Positions 18,833-28,104 of a stretch of DNA of 64,000 nt are shown one piece after another; the stretch's first letter is position 1; each line of letters starts with the position of its first letter. The notes beneath the pieces were generated by a model, which was not told the origin of the DNA, ran no database searches, and worked only from the letters and a program-made list of their open reading frames with translations. The position numbers were made by a program, and so were the translations under genes. Location: the NCBI GenBank assembly GCA_943353165.1, contig CALRAM010000001.1, forward strand, positions 45,483 through 109,482, in the 5' to 3' direction. The DNA is from an uncultured Candidatus Saccharimonas sp. (lineage in GTDB: Bacteria; Patescibacteriota; Saccharimonadia; Saccharimonadales; OMJO01).

Positions 18833-21800
18833 TTAGAAGCTGACTATAGGTGACTGGACGCCATTGTCAGCTTTGATATAGGCTTTTTTATTTGATCCAC
18901 TTAAGGCAGATATTGCCCCAGTAGTACCGGTTGAGCAGGTTAGAGGAGTGCTATTCGAAGACTTACATATTTGGTAGGGACTGCCAGAAGTAATGTAATT
19001 CCAGGTAAATTTATAGTTGTTTGGCCCAGGACTAACTGGCGTAACGTCCAGAGTGATAGTATCGTTCGTGAAATTTATGGTAACTGCACTGCTGGAGCTG
19101 TCATACAGAACACTGTCTATTATTTGTGCAGTAACAGACTTGTTACCCGTGCCATTATAGGTAAATGCAATCGGAATGCTTCCAGAGATGTCTGTGTTTG
19201 ACGACTGAACAATTTGTCCATCTATCAAGATGTTGATGGTACCCTTTATGGTTGCGCTAGACAAAGGGTGCGTACCTTGGGTGACTGAAACAGTAATGTT
19301 GCATGTGCTAGAGCAAGTCGGATCATTAGCAGCTATGTTAATTGCTGGTTTTATATCATCACAATGATGTACATCGTCACTAGAACTAGAATCAGTAATG
19401 GCATTGCTGCCTGTGACAAATTGGTCTATAGAAAATATCAGAGCAGATCCGCCGGTTACGGTTTTCTTCGCAAGTTCTGGAGTACAGCTACTCGCTAGTT
19501 TGTTTGAAATTGAATCGATTGACTGATTTGTGCTTATTGCAGTTTTTGGTACATACCATGAAGGGTACAGGTCATTTTCTGGACTAGGTTCAACGCTACC
19601 ATGGTTGATATGGTTCCTGACAACAAAAGCTGGTAGAGTTTTGACACCCACCGGTTTTGTCCAGTTAACCGGTTTTAGGTTTGCATGAGCGTATTCCATC
19701 CAGCCTTTTGCCAGGGGAGTTGTCAAAATTTCCATAGAAGTTCCCAATGTTACAGTTCTGGTATGATTTCCTACCCAGGTAACTACAGCGTATTTAGTAG
19801 ACCAGCTAGCCATCAGCCCATCGTAGCCATCATTTGTTGTCCCAGTTTTTACTGCAAAATTCCATCCGTTTTTTTGGCGGTGAAATTTATAGAAAGAGCC
19901 GGGCAGGTAACTGGCGTTAGGATCACTAGCCATATCGTTAACAATATAGGCTGTATCAGGTCGTAATGGTTGTGTAGCTTTTGGTTTTTTCCATTGAAAA
20001 ATAGTCTTATTACCAGCATCTGTTATTTTTAGAATATAAGTTCTAGGAATCGCTGACCCAAGCCTTGCTAAGGTAGAAAAACCATTGACGTGGTCATCTA
20101 AATGTAAAAATGCACCGTCCCCTATCGCAGAAGCGCCGTAGCATTGCGATTCATCCTCGGCTGTAGAATTATTTATATCAGTACCAGGCTTGTAGCATTT
20201 GTAAGTGTGGGGATTGTTGGGATTGTACATCATCGCGTCTATCGTACTAATTGTTTTATTAATAGAGTCGATTTTGCCGTTGCTTTTGTCATTTGGAAGC
20301 GCTAATAGCATAGCTTTGACTGCAGGGATATTTCTAGAGCCTCCCAAGGCGTATCTAAGCGTGATTGGTCCTGGCTGCAATTTGTCGTAATCAGTCAGAC
20401 ATTTACCGGGGCAAGGATATCCAGGCAGGTTAGTCGCAGAATCGTATAATACCGATCCTGCACCAACGTTTGTGCCATTTTCTATCAATGTAGCGTAGTC
20501 GTATGGTTTTATGCTAGACCCTGGAGGAATAAAAGCACTATGTGCGTAGTTAATATTGCCATAGACTGGATTGTTAAAATCGCTTCCTCCGACTAAGGAT
20601 ACTATTTGACCAGTTTCGACATCTTCTGCTACTAATGCCTGTGAATCTCCTTTATACCTGCTACTGTTTTTCAGGTTTGAAGAAACCAGCTCTTCGGCTT
20701 TTGTTTGAAGAGCCATATCCAGTGTTGTGGTTACTTTCCAGCCACCCTGTCTGACCATTTTAGCTCCAAACTGTATCTCTAGTTCACTTTTGGCTGCAAG
20801 TACAAAGTAGGGCGCCTTAATGCCTGCGTAGTGCGTAGGACGTAACTGAATTTTAGCTACAGTATCAACTTTTTTGGCTTCCTCTGCTTGTTTTTTGGTT
20901 ATCATGTTTTCACCAACCATTTGGTCTAAAATATAGGATTGCCTTCCAACTAGTGAGTCTTTGCGAAAATTATCGCTATATTTAGAGTAAACACCAGGAG
21001 ATTTTGGTATAGCAGCAAGCATTGCAGCCTCGTCTAGTGTCAGGTCTTTCGCTGACTTATTAAAGTAGTTGTTTGCGGCTGCTTGCACACCGTATTCTAT
21101 TCCTCCGTATGGAGCTGCGTTTAAGTAACCTGTCAAAATTTCGTCTTTGTTATAAGATCTTTCGTATTCCACTGACAACACTAGTTCTTTTAGTTTTCTG
21201 GTAATAGTCTGCTCGTTTCCAACGCCTTCAGCCGTTAACCTTACTAATTGTTGTGTTATCGTTGAGCCCCCTTGTTTAGTGCCTCCAATATGCAATACGT
21301 CATTGATACCGGCTCGTAAAATCCCACGAACATCAAATCCGCCGTGGTTAAAAAAGTCTTTATCTTCCACTGCTACAGTAGCCTGCTTCATGTAGTTTGA
21401 TATTTCGCTACCTTTTACAGGGATGCGTTTTACTCCATCAACGTCTTCCCAGAGCAGAGTTTGTCCGGTTTTGTCGTAATATAGTACGCTTCCTCCAATA
21501 TTCGTTCCTGAAATGTCTGTGATATTAGAAAGATCTTTTCGAAAATAAGCGAACAATCCTATAAGTAGAACAAATCCAAAAATTATTCCATACCCAGTGA
21601 TTTTGAGGGTCATTACACCCCCTTCTTTACTGAACCAGTAGTGGTACATTCTCTTTGGGTTCATATGATAAAACAATCGTTTTATTCTGGACTTGGGAAG
21701 TCCAGATAATCTCTTTGCTTTTTGAACGGAAATGACTTCTTTGGTTGCCTTATATTTACTAAACATTGTCTGTTTAAACTTTATAGTTTGGCCTTTTTTT

Positions 21801-21856
21801 GTGACAAAAGAGTTCTTAGACCGCCGTAAGCCTTTTCTTTGAGGTGCTCTCTTCAT
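18833..21856 (-). CDS. class A penicillin-binding protein (transglycosylase + transpeptidase) with long Ser/Thr-rich C-terminal extension
   Basis: GT51 motifs (EDKDFFNHGGFD, GGSTITQQL), transpeptidase motifs (SSIKP, KTGTT) and an N-terminal TM helix after a basic cytoplasmic tail. The protein is 1007 aa. Confidence 0.9.
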   Translation of the reverse strand: MKRAPQRKGLRRSKNSFVTKKGQTIKFKQTMFSKYKATKEVISVQKAKRLSGLPKSRIKRLFYHMNPKRMYHYWFSKEGGVMTLKITGYGIIFGFVLLIGLFAYFRKDLSNITDISGTNIGGSVLYYDKTGQTLLWEDVDGVKRIPVKGSEISNYMKQATVAVEDKDFFNHGGFDVRGILRAGINDVLHIGGTKQGGSTITQQLVRLTAEGVGNEQTITRKLKELVLSVEYERSYNKDEILTGYLNAAPYGGIEYGVQAAANNYFNKSAKDLTLDEAAMLAAIPKSPGVYSKYSDNFRKDSLVGRQSYILDQMVGENMITKKQAEEAKKVDTVAKIQLRPTHYAGIKAPYFVLAAKSELEIQFGAKMVRQGGWKVTTTLDMALQTKAEELVSSNLKNSSRYKGDSQALVAEDVETGQIVSLVGGSDFNNPVYGNINYAHSAFIPPGSSIKPYDYATLIENGTNVGAGSVLYDSATNLPGYPCPGKCLTDYDKLQPGPITLRYALGGSRNIPAVKAMLLALPNDKSNGKIDSINKTISTIDAMMYNPNNPHTYKCYKPGTDINNSTAEDESQCYGASAIGDGAFLHLDDHVNGFSTLARLGSAIPRTYILKITDAGNKTIFQWKKPKATQPLRPDTAYIVNDMASDPNASYLPGSFYKFHRQKNGWNFAVKTGTTNDGYDGLMASWSTKYAVVTWVGNHTRTVTLGTSMEILTTPLAKGWMEYAHANLKPVNWTKPVGVKTLPAFVVRNHINHGSVEPSPENDLYPSWYVPKTAISTNQSIDSISNKLASSCTPELAKKTVTGGSALIFSIDQFVTGSNAITDSSSSDDVHHCDDIKPAINIAANDPTCSSTCNITVSVTQGTHPLSSATIKGTINILIDGQIVQSSNTDISGSIPIAFTYNGTGNKSVTAQIIDSVLYDSSSSAVTINFTNDTITLDVTPVSPGPNNYKFTWNYITSGSPYQICKSSNSTPLTCSTGTTGAISALSGSNKKAYIKADNGVQSPIVSF

Positions 21857-21986
21857 TTTGCTCGTAATCTCCTTGTGCGATAATCCGCACGCTGTTATCT
21901 ATATTATGCTTATTTATTATAGCAAGAAAAACAATGAAAACTCATAATTTTCCGTAGTACTGCATAATGGTCTATAATTATACATT

Positions 21987-23228
21987 ATGGCTAATATGAA
22001 ATTATCAGACGAACTAGTGTGGCGTGGTTTTAATAACCAAACAACTTTTAGCGACATAACAGAGCTAGACAAGAAAAAATACAAACTATATTTTGGAGTT
22101 GATCCCAGTGCAGATTCTATGCAAGCAGGCAACCTAGCTAGCGCAATGATGGTACGCGTATTTATCGCACACGGTCATGAAGCGACTTTGCTAATCGGTG
22201 GCGCTACGGGCTTGATTGGTGATCCTACCGACAAAGCTAAAGAACGAGACCTGCAGGACCCCCAAGTCGTTGCCAGTAACGTCCAAAAAATTGTCAAACA
22301 ATACCACAATTTATACGGTCAAAAAATCAGGATAGTTAACAACCAGGACTGGTTTAAAGGTATTGGATACATAGACTTTTTGCGTGAAGTAGGCGTACAT
22401 TTTAGCCTGACCCCGTTGCTACAAAGAGATTACGTTACATCTCGAATAGGAGCAGACGGCTCTGGTATGAGCTATGCAGAGTTTAGCTACAGTCTTATCC
22501 AGGGTTACGATTTCTATCATTTAAACAAAGTTTACGACATAGATTTACAGGTTTGTGGCTCTGACCAATGGGGCAATAGTATTTCTGGAGTTGATTTGAT
22601 ACGTCGCAAAGCCGGCAAAACAGCCCACATTTACTCTGCTCCCCTGATTATAAACAAAACTAGCGGTGTTAAATTTGGAAAGAGCGAATCGGGTGCTATT
22701 TGGCTAGATGAGCAAAAAACTAGTGTATTCAAATTTTATCAGTTTTGGTTAAATACCGACGATGAATCTGTTGCAGATTATCTAAAAATATTTACAGACA
22801 TATCAATAGATAAATTTACAGAAGTAATGAAAGATTTTGAATCAAACAAATCATCCAGATCGGCGCAAAAGATGTTAGCGATTGAAGTCACTAATATTGT
22901 TCACGGCAAAGACAGGACAAAAACTGTTCAGAAAGTTTGCGATACTCTTTTTGGAGACTCAGATTTCCTGAGTTTAGGCAAAAAAGAGATTGAAATTTTA
23001 AAAGAAGAAATAAACTTTTGCAAAATAAACAACGTAGAATCGTTGCCTGCAGTAATCAATCACTGCGGATTGTCTGTATCAAACTCTGAAGCAGCCCGTT
23101 TCATAGAAGCAGGGTCTATTTCTGTTAATGGCAAAAAAATCTTTCCTTCAGATGAAAACCCTTTTGCCAAAGGGTACAATCTAATCAAAAGAGGCAAAAA
23201 TAATTTTGCAATCATGGAATACAAATAA
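21987..23228 (+). CDS. tyrS: tyrosine--tRNA ligase
   Basis: Class I fold with YFGVDPSADSMQAGNL (HIGH region) and KFGKS (KMSKS-type motif), plus a C-terminal S4-like domain. Confidence 0.95.
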   Translation: MANMKLSDELVWRGFNNQTTFSDITELDKKKYKLYFGVDPSADSMQAGNLASAMMVRVFIAHGHEATLLIGGATGLIGDPTDKAKERDLQDPQVVASNVQKIVKQYHNLYGQKIRIVNNQDWFKGIGYIDFLREVGVHFSLTPLLQRDYVTSRIGADGSGMSYAEFSYSLIQGYDFYHLNKVYDIDLQVCGSDQWGNSISGVDLIRRKAGKTAHIYSAPLIINKTSGVKFGKSESGAIWLDEQKTSVFKFYQFWLNTDDESVADYLKIFTDISIDKFTEVMKDFESNKSSRSAQKMLAIEVTNIVHGKDRTKTVQKVCDTLFGDSDFLSLGKKEIEILKEEINFCKINNVESLPAVINHCGLSVSNSEAARFIEAGSISVNGKKIFPSDENPFAKGYNLIKRGKNNFAIMEYK

Positions 23229-23249
23229 CTGGTATAATCTATTTTAGTA

Positions 23250-24026
23250 ATGACAAAACAAACAGAAACAATTCGTAGAAAAGCAGATTATTATAACGAC
23301 GAGAGTTGGAATTATCTACATTATTGGGATGGACGTGACTACGAACACGCTGCCGAAGAAATAGCCATTACAAAATTAATCAAGGGCAAACATTTCAAAA
23401 ATGCGGTTGATGTTGGTGGAGGCTATGGTAGGCTTTGTATTTTATTAGAACATTTTGCCGATAATGTAACTCTAGCCGAACCTTCACAGCAACAAATAGA
23501 TATAGCCAAAGATTTTTTAAAAGACCACCCCAAAATCAACAGAACACTGATGCAAGCCGGAGATCTCAAGTTTGATGATGGCTCAGTAGATTTATTGACA
23601 ATGGTTCGAGTAATGCACCATTTGCCAGATCCTGCCCCAGAATTCAAAGAAATAAGTAGGGTTTTAGCTGATGACGGCTATCTAGTTCTGGAAGTTGCTA
23701 ATTATTCGCATGCCAGAAATAGAATAAAACATCTGTTAAAACTTCAGAAAATGCCAAAAACACCTGTAGACATCAGATCAAAAGAAACAATCGAAAAGGG
23801 TGAAATAGCGTTCGTAAACCACAATCCTAGTACAGTCATAAAACAACTGGCGCACGCTGGGCTAAAAGTTGAAAAAACTTTGTCTGTATCAAACTTGCGT
23901 AGTCCAGGATTAAAGAAATATGTATCCAAAAAAACTATGTTGGTCATAGAAAAGGCCCTCCAACAACCATTAGCAAAGAGTTATTTTGGTCCAAGTGTTT
24001 TTTTCTTGGTCAAGAAAGCCAAATAG
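23250..24026 (+). CDS. class I SAM-dependent methyltransferase
   Basis: Motif I VDVGGGYGRL, followed by the acidic and post-I motifs of Methyltransf_11/25-type enzymes. Confidence 0.8.
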   Translation: MTKQTETIRRKADYYNDESWNYLHYWDGRDYEHAAEEIAITKLIKGKHFKNAVDVGGGYGRLCILLEHFADNVTLAEPSQQQIDIAKDFLKDHPKINRTLMQAGDLKFDDGSVDLLTMVRVMHHLPDPAPEFKEISRVLADDGYLVLEVANYSHARNRIKHLLKLQKMPKTPVDIRSKETIEKGEIAFVNHNPSTVIKQLAHAGLKVEKTLSVSNLRSPGLKKYVSKKTMLVIEKALQQPLAKSYFGPSVFFLVKKAK

Positions 24027-24263
24027 TTATATATCTTTTTTGAAGGACGGAGATTCTGCAGTACTAGGTTCATCGTCAACTTTGTGCAAAAAAGTTTCAT
24101 ATTCTGTATCAGGCTCAAGTGTTATATCCCCGAATAGATATATGTTTGTATTACGAAGAGTTTTAGACATAAAATCTACAATCCTGTGGTACCTTGATTT
24201 TTCGGCTGGGTTTTCGGGTAAGTTTGGCACTAATTCCATGTTGTCATCATTCCATACTTGCAT
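24027..24263 (-). CDS. hypothetical small acidic protein
   Basis: 78-aa ORF filling the gap between two + strand genes. I recognise no domain and the RBS is weak. A same-size ORF exists on the opposite strand, so the coding status is uncertain. Confidence 0.35.
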   Translation of the reverse strand: MQVWNDDNMELVPNLPENPAEKSRYHRIVDFMSKTLRNTNIYLFGDITLEPDTEYETFLHKVDDEPSTAESPSFKKDI

Positions 24264-24323
24264 ATTTATGTAAATGGCCTTGAATTTTTACTATAAAACA
24301 AAAGCTAATCTATAATAAGCCGT

Positions 24324-26360
24324 ATGAATGCTGATAAAACGATTTCTAGTTTAAAAGGTGTTGGTCCAGAAACCAACAAAAAACTACAAATATTAGGTAT
24401 AGAAAATGTTAGCGATTTGCTACACAACTACCCACGGCGATACGATGATTACTCAGAAATTTCTAGTATAGAAAATATAACTCCCGGCTTAGTAACCCTT
24501 AGAGCTTTAATTAAAAATACTACAGGCAGATACGTAGGCAGGGGTATGCATATAACTGAATCAATAGCAGTCGACAAGACTAGCTCTGTCAGATTGGTGT
24601 GGTTTAACCAGCCATACCGAGAGAAGTCGATACTCCCTGGTGTTGAATACTTTATTTCTGGAGAATTTGCCTTGCGCAACCAACGATTATGCGTACAGAA
24701 CCCAACCATAGAGCGTGCCGATAGCTTCAATCTAAACACAGCTAGGATAGTCCCAATATACAAAGAAACAAAAGGCTTAAAATCTAGCCAGATCAGGAAA
24801 CTAGTTAAACAAAATATTCCAAACATAAAAATACTCCCAGAAACTCTACCAGCCTGGTTGATAAAAAAAGAAAAACTTTTTTCCAGGTCACAAGCTATAT
24901 TGGCCATGCATTTTCCGGAATCGCCAGAACTACTCGAAAAAGCGAAAAAAAGAATAGGTTTCGAAGAAGTTTTCGAGCTTACTCTGGCAGCCCTGATGAA
25001 CAAAAAAGATTTGGCTGGAGAACACGCACTAAATATTTTGTTTGACAAAGATTTGGCCAAAAACTTCGTGGACCACCTACCTTTTAAACTTACAGATTCA
25101 CAAAAGAAAACAGTTTGGCAAGTATATAAGGATATGGAGCGCGAACAGCCCATGAATAGATTGATTGAAGGTGATGTTGGTAGTGGCAAAACTATCGTGG
25201 CAGTCATGGCGGCAGTCATGGCCATAAAACAAGGATTTCAAGTAGCTTTTATGGCACCAACAGAACTACTAGCTCGACAGCACGCTGACACTATTTGTGA
25301 ACTTTTGAAGCCCTTAGGTATGGAGGATAAACTAGGTTTGTTGTTGGGTAGCCTAAAACCTGCGCAGAAAACACAGTTACATGCAGCGATAGGGTCTGGT
25401 AAAATCCAGTTCATTGTTGGTACGCATGCTCTAATTTCTGAAAAAGTTATTATGCACAGTTTAGGCCTGATAATTATTGATGAACAACATCGTTTTGGAG
25501 TTCAGCAAAGAAAAAAATTACAATCAAAAGCGGGATATATGCCGCACGTTATGAGCATGACAGCAACACCAATCCCGCGGAGTTTGGCATTGACACTTTA
25601 CGGAGAAATGGATATTTCCGTCATAGACGCAAAGCCACCCGGAAGGCTACCAATTAAAACTACTATTTGCTCTCCAAATTCTAGGCCTCAGTTGTACGAA
25701 CAAATAGATAAACAGCTAGCAAGTGGTAGGCAAATGTTTGTGGTGTGCCCTCTGATTGTTCAGAGCGATATGTTGTCCGCAGAATCCGTTGAAAATGTAT
25801 TTAGTAATTTAAAGAGTACAGTATTTAAACACCGTCAAATTGGTATTTTGCATGGCAAGATGAAAGCAGAAGAAAAGGAAAATACAATGAAGCTGTTTGT
25901 AAACGGTAAATTAGATATTTTGGTTTCTACGACTGTTGTAGAGGTTGGAGTAAATGTCCCCAACGCTACAGTCATGTTGATAGAAAATGCCGAGAGATTT
26001 GGCTTGGCTCAGATACACCAACTGCGCGGTAGAGTTGGTCGAAGCTCGCACCAAGGCCACTGCTACCTTATGATGGGCGATAGTTCTAGGCCTAGCAGGC
26101 GAATTCGCGCATTAGAAAAAAACAGTGACGGTTTTGCCTTAGCAGAATTAGATTTAGAAATTCGTGGTCCAGGAGCTATCTATGGAACGATGCAACATGG
26201 AGCTTTAGACCTAAGGGTTGCCAAGTTGACAGATATCAAAATGATAGCTTCTGCGCGTAACGCAGCGCAAGAATTCATAGATAGTGGAGAAAGTTTGCTA
26301 CAATACAATCATCTAAGTGGGCGCATATCAATCTTAAGGTCTGTAACAAATTTGAACTAA
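24324..26360 (+). CDS. recG: ATP-dependent DNA helicase RecG
   Basis: 678 aa with a wedge/OB N-terminal domain and SF2 helicase motifs (GDVGSGKT, DEQHRFG, TATPIPR, QLRGRVGR). Confidence 0.95.
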   Translation: MNADKTISSLKGVGPETNKKLQILGIENVSDLLHNYPRRYDDYSEISSIENITPGLVTLRALIKNTTGRYVGRGMHITESIAVDKTSSVRLVWFNQPYREKSILPGVEYFISGEFALRNQRLCVQNPTIERADSFNLNTARIVPIYKETKGLKSSQIRKLVKQNIPNIKILPETLPAWLIKKEKLFSRSQAILAMHFPESPELLEKAKKRIGFEEVFELTLAALMNKKDLAGEHALNILFDKDLAKNFVDHLPFKLTDSQKKTVWQVYKDMEREQPMNRLIEGDVGSGKTIVAVMAAVMAIKQGFQVAFMAPTELLARQHADTICELLKPLGMEDKLGLLLGSLKPAQKTQLHAAIGSGKIQFIVGTHALISEKVIMHSLGLIIIDEQHRFGVQQRKKLQSKAGYMPHVMSMTATPIPRSLALTLYGEMDISVIDAKPPGRLPIKTTICSPNSRPQLYEQIDKQLASGRQMFVVCPLIVQSDMLSAESVENVFSNLKSTVFKHRQIGILHGKMKAEEKENTMKLFVNGKLDILVSTTVVEVGVNVPNATVMLIENAERFGLAQIHQLRGRVGRSSHQGHCYLMMGDSSRPSRRIRALEKNSDGFALAELDLEIRGPGAIYGTMQHGALDLRVAKLTDIKMIASARNAAQEFIDSGESLLQYNHLSGRISILRSVTNLN

Positions 26361-26363
26361 AAT

Positions 26364-27182
26364 ATGTATAGCGGTACAACATTAAATAAAACATCTGGTC
26401 GTATTCTAGGTACACACCAAAAAATAGACAGAGTAGCTCGAAAGCATTTGTCTGTTATTTTAGAAGATAACAACGTTTTTCCTAAAGCAAACGCCATACT
26501 GCATTTTGAAGGCAAAAATGGCCCCGATGGCATCAAACGCAAGAGTCCCGCAAAGGACGAGCTGTGGCACTATTATAGTCCTTTTGACGACGATGATTCG
26601 GCCTTGCTAGATCTGATAAGAAACCATTACGACAAATTAGTCACAGAACTGCGTGCAAATAACGTTGAGCGAGTAGCATTCGAAGCTGCCTGGCTGTCCC
26701 ACGCTTTGGTTGACGGCCTAACGCCTGCGCATCATTACCCATATGAAGAAAAACTTTCCGAACTAAGGGGAGGCGAAGGTATGGAAAGCCGTGATTCTGT
26801 AAAAGATAAACTAATAATGCCAGGCAATACGCGTAGACAAAAGGTCAAAAACAATTGGAAAATGTGGGGACCAAAAGGATTGTTTACTACTCATGGTTTA
26901 TTCGAGATGGGTGTGGCCACAATTATGGCACCACTGGCCATGAAGGATGCAATGCCAACCGAATCTGATATAAATGAGCTTCTAGATATAGGCCTGTTAG
27001 AACGTTTTAAGAGAACAGCCAGAGAAATCGCAGTTTTAGATATGTACCATAATTATTATAAAAAAGGTTGGACACCCAAGTTTGCACACCAGGTTCGTCA
27101 TCAACTGGGCCCTGTAATAGTTAAAACAGTAACATTAGCATGGTATAGCGCCTTGATTGACGCCGGCAAAGTTAACAAATGA
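26364..27182 (+). CDS. hypothetical protein, possibly zinc-dependent phospholipase C / P1-nuclease-like fold
   Basis: 272 aa with no signal peptide. GTHQKIDRVARKHL and SHALVDGLTPAHH (H-x3-D-x5-H) resemble the metal-ligand spacing of the PLC/P1 superfamily. This assignment is from memory of motifs only. Confidence 0.45.
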   Translation: MYSGTTLNKTSGRILGTHQKIDRVARKHLSVILEDNNVFPKANAILHFEGKNGPDGIKRKSPAKDELWHYYSPFDDDDSALLDLIRNHYDKLVTELRANNVERVAFEAAWLSHALVDGLTPAHHYPYEEKLSELRGGEGMESRDSVKDKLIMPGNTRRQKVKNNWKMWGPKGLFTTHGLFEMGVATIMAPLAMKDAMPTESDINELLDIGLLERFKRTAREIAVLDMYHNYYKKGWTPKFAHQVRHQLGPVIVKTVTLAWYSALIDAGKVNK

Positions 27183-27709
27183 GAGTAATTTCAGGATCTT
27201 TGGGTGGCCAAAATTTTGAATCTCCTCATGGCCATAGAACTCATCCCATGAGCGACAAAATACGCGGTGCCATTTTTGGTGTATTAGGAGATATTAGCGG
27301 CTGTAGCGTGTTGGACGCTTTTTCTGGTAGCGGAGCTTTAGCCATAGAAGCCATCAGTAGAGGATCGTCTAGCGCTGTAGCCGTAGAAGTTGATGCTGGC
27401 GCACACGCTATAATAGTCAAAAACATCCAAAAGCTTGGAATAGAAAAAAAAGTTAAAGTTGTTCGGGCATTTGTAAATGCCTGGTCCACTAGGCATCAGG
27501 ACCAGTTATTTGACATTATCTTTGCAGATCCACCATACGACAATATCCCATATCGCGATCTTAAATTTTTAGCCAGACACCTAAAGCCAACCGGCACACT
27601 GGTATTGTCTTGGCCTGGCAAAGCAGATGTATACTATATTCCCGAACTAATTGAAGTTCAGATCAAAAAATACGGCGATGCCCAGCTAATATTTTATAAA
27701 TATGCATAA
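27179..27709 (+). CDS. rsmD: 16S rRNA (guanine966-N2)-methyltransferase RsmD
   Basis: MRVISGSLGGQNFESP.., LDAFSGSGALAIEAISRG and a DPPY motif. The start overlaps the upstream stop (ATGA). Confidence 0.85.
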   Translation: MRVISGSLGGQNFESPHGHRTHPMSDKIRGAIFGVLGDISGCSVLDAFSGSGALAIEAISRGSSSAVAVEVDAGAHAIIVKNIQKLGIEKKVKVVRAFVNAWSTRHQDQLFDIIFADPPYDNIPYRDLKFLARHLKPTGTLVLSWPGKADVYYIPELIEVQIKKYGDAQLIFYKYA

Positions 27710-27790
27710 TCATATTTTACTAATTACGCAAAATTTAGTACAATAACAGAGTGGTATAAGGAAAAAACATATGGATCTGTCGTATGTTAT

Positions 27791-27818
27791 GCGGACGACC
27801 GTGGCTGAAGGTTCATCC
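27791..27818 (+). repeat. tRNA-Leu-derived mini-fragment (5' acceptor/D start fused to a T-arm-like segment)
   Basis: GCGGACGACCGTGG matches the 5' end of the interrupted tRNA at 27851. The following CTGAAGGTTCATCC resembles CGTGAAGGTTCAAGTCC of the intact tRNA. Confidence 0.4.
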
Positions 27819-27890
27819 TATACGCCAAGTACGATACAATTTATAATTACGCGGACGATCGTGGAATTGGTAGACACGCTAGCCTTAGGA

Positions 27891-27998
27891 GTGAAACCCG
27901 CCTGTGGCGGGTTGCAAGGTCGGAAGCCTGGATTGCGCAAGCAACCAAGCTGAGACGGGGTCGCAACCGATTGGACTATGTCCAATAGGATTGTGACA
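27891..27998 (+). repeat. structured element copy A (variant): HP1 CCCGCC-TGT-GGCGGG, HP2 capped by GCAA, HP3 with extra nested hairpin
   Basis: GTGAAA-CCCGCCTGTGGCGGGTTGCAAGG-[AGCCTGGATTGC-GCAA-GCAACCAAGCT]-CGGGGTCGCAA..TTGGACTATGTCCAA..ATTGTGAC. It replaces the 3' anticodon-stem strand of the tRNA-like gene. Confidence 0.6.
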
Positions 27999-28017
27999 GT
28001 GCCGCAAGGCGTGAAGG

Positions 28018-28104
28018 AGAGACCCGCCTGTGGCGGGTCGCAAGGTAGACAACTCTTGCGAACTGGTTTGCAAAGATGTTGCTACGGGGTCGCTGAAAGT
28101 GACC
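28018..28104 (+). repeat. structured element copy B, inserted in place of TTC of the T-loop
   Basis: AGAGA-CCCGCCTGTGGCGGG-TCGCAAGG-[TAGACAACTCTTGCGAACTGGTTTGCAAAGATGTTGCTA]-CGGGGTCGCTGAAAGTGACC, flanked by GAAGG on the 5' side and AAGTCCTTT on the 3' side. Confidence 0.65.

Noticed and set aside
21857-21986. T-box leaders upstream of tyrS (also checked hisS at 29357-29602 and trpS at 61470-61542)
   Set aside because: The tyrS and trpS spacers are too short (130 and 73 nt). None contains a specifier-loop/AGAGA/T-box (..GGTGGTACCGCG-like) sequence or a terminator/antiterminator pair.
23986-24273. 95-aa plus-strand ORF overlapping the end of the methyltransferase gene
   Set aside because: It overlaps the methyltransferase 3' end in another frame and has Ser/Phe-rich composition. 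The minus-strand 78-aa ORF is marginally more protein-like, but neither is strongly supported.
24449-25225. 258-aa ORF antisense to recG
   Set aside because: It lies entirely inside the well-supported recG CDS. Its composition is low-complexity (Ser/Phe/Leu/Lys-rich) with no motifs, which is typical of a shadow ORF.
28091-28104. Hammerhead-like CTGAAAGTGACC in element copy B
   Set aside because: It lacks the CUGAUGA..GAAA core arrangement. The corresponding positions in copies C and D read CGGAACGTGACC, so the resemblance is not conserved.
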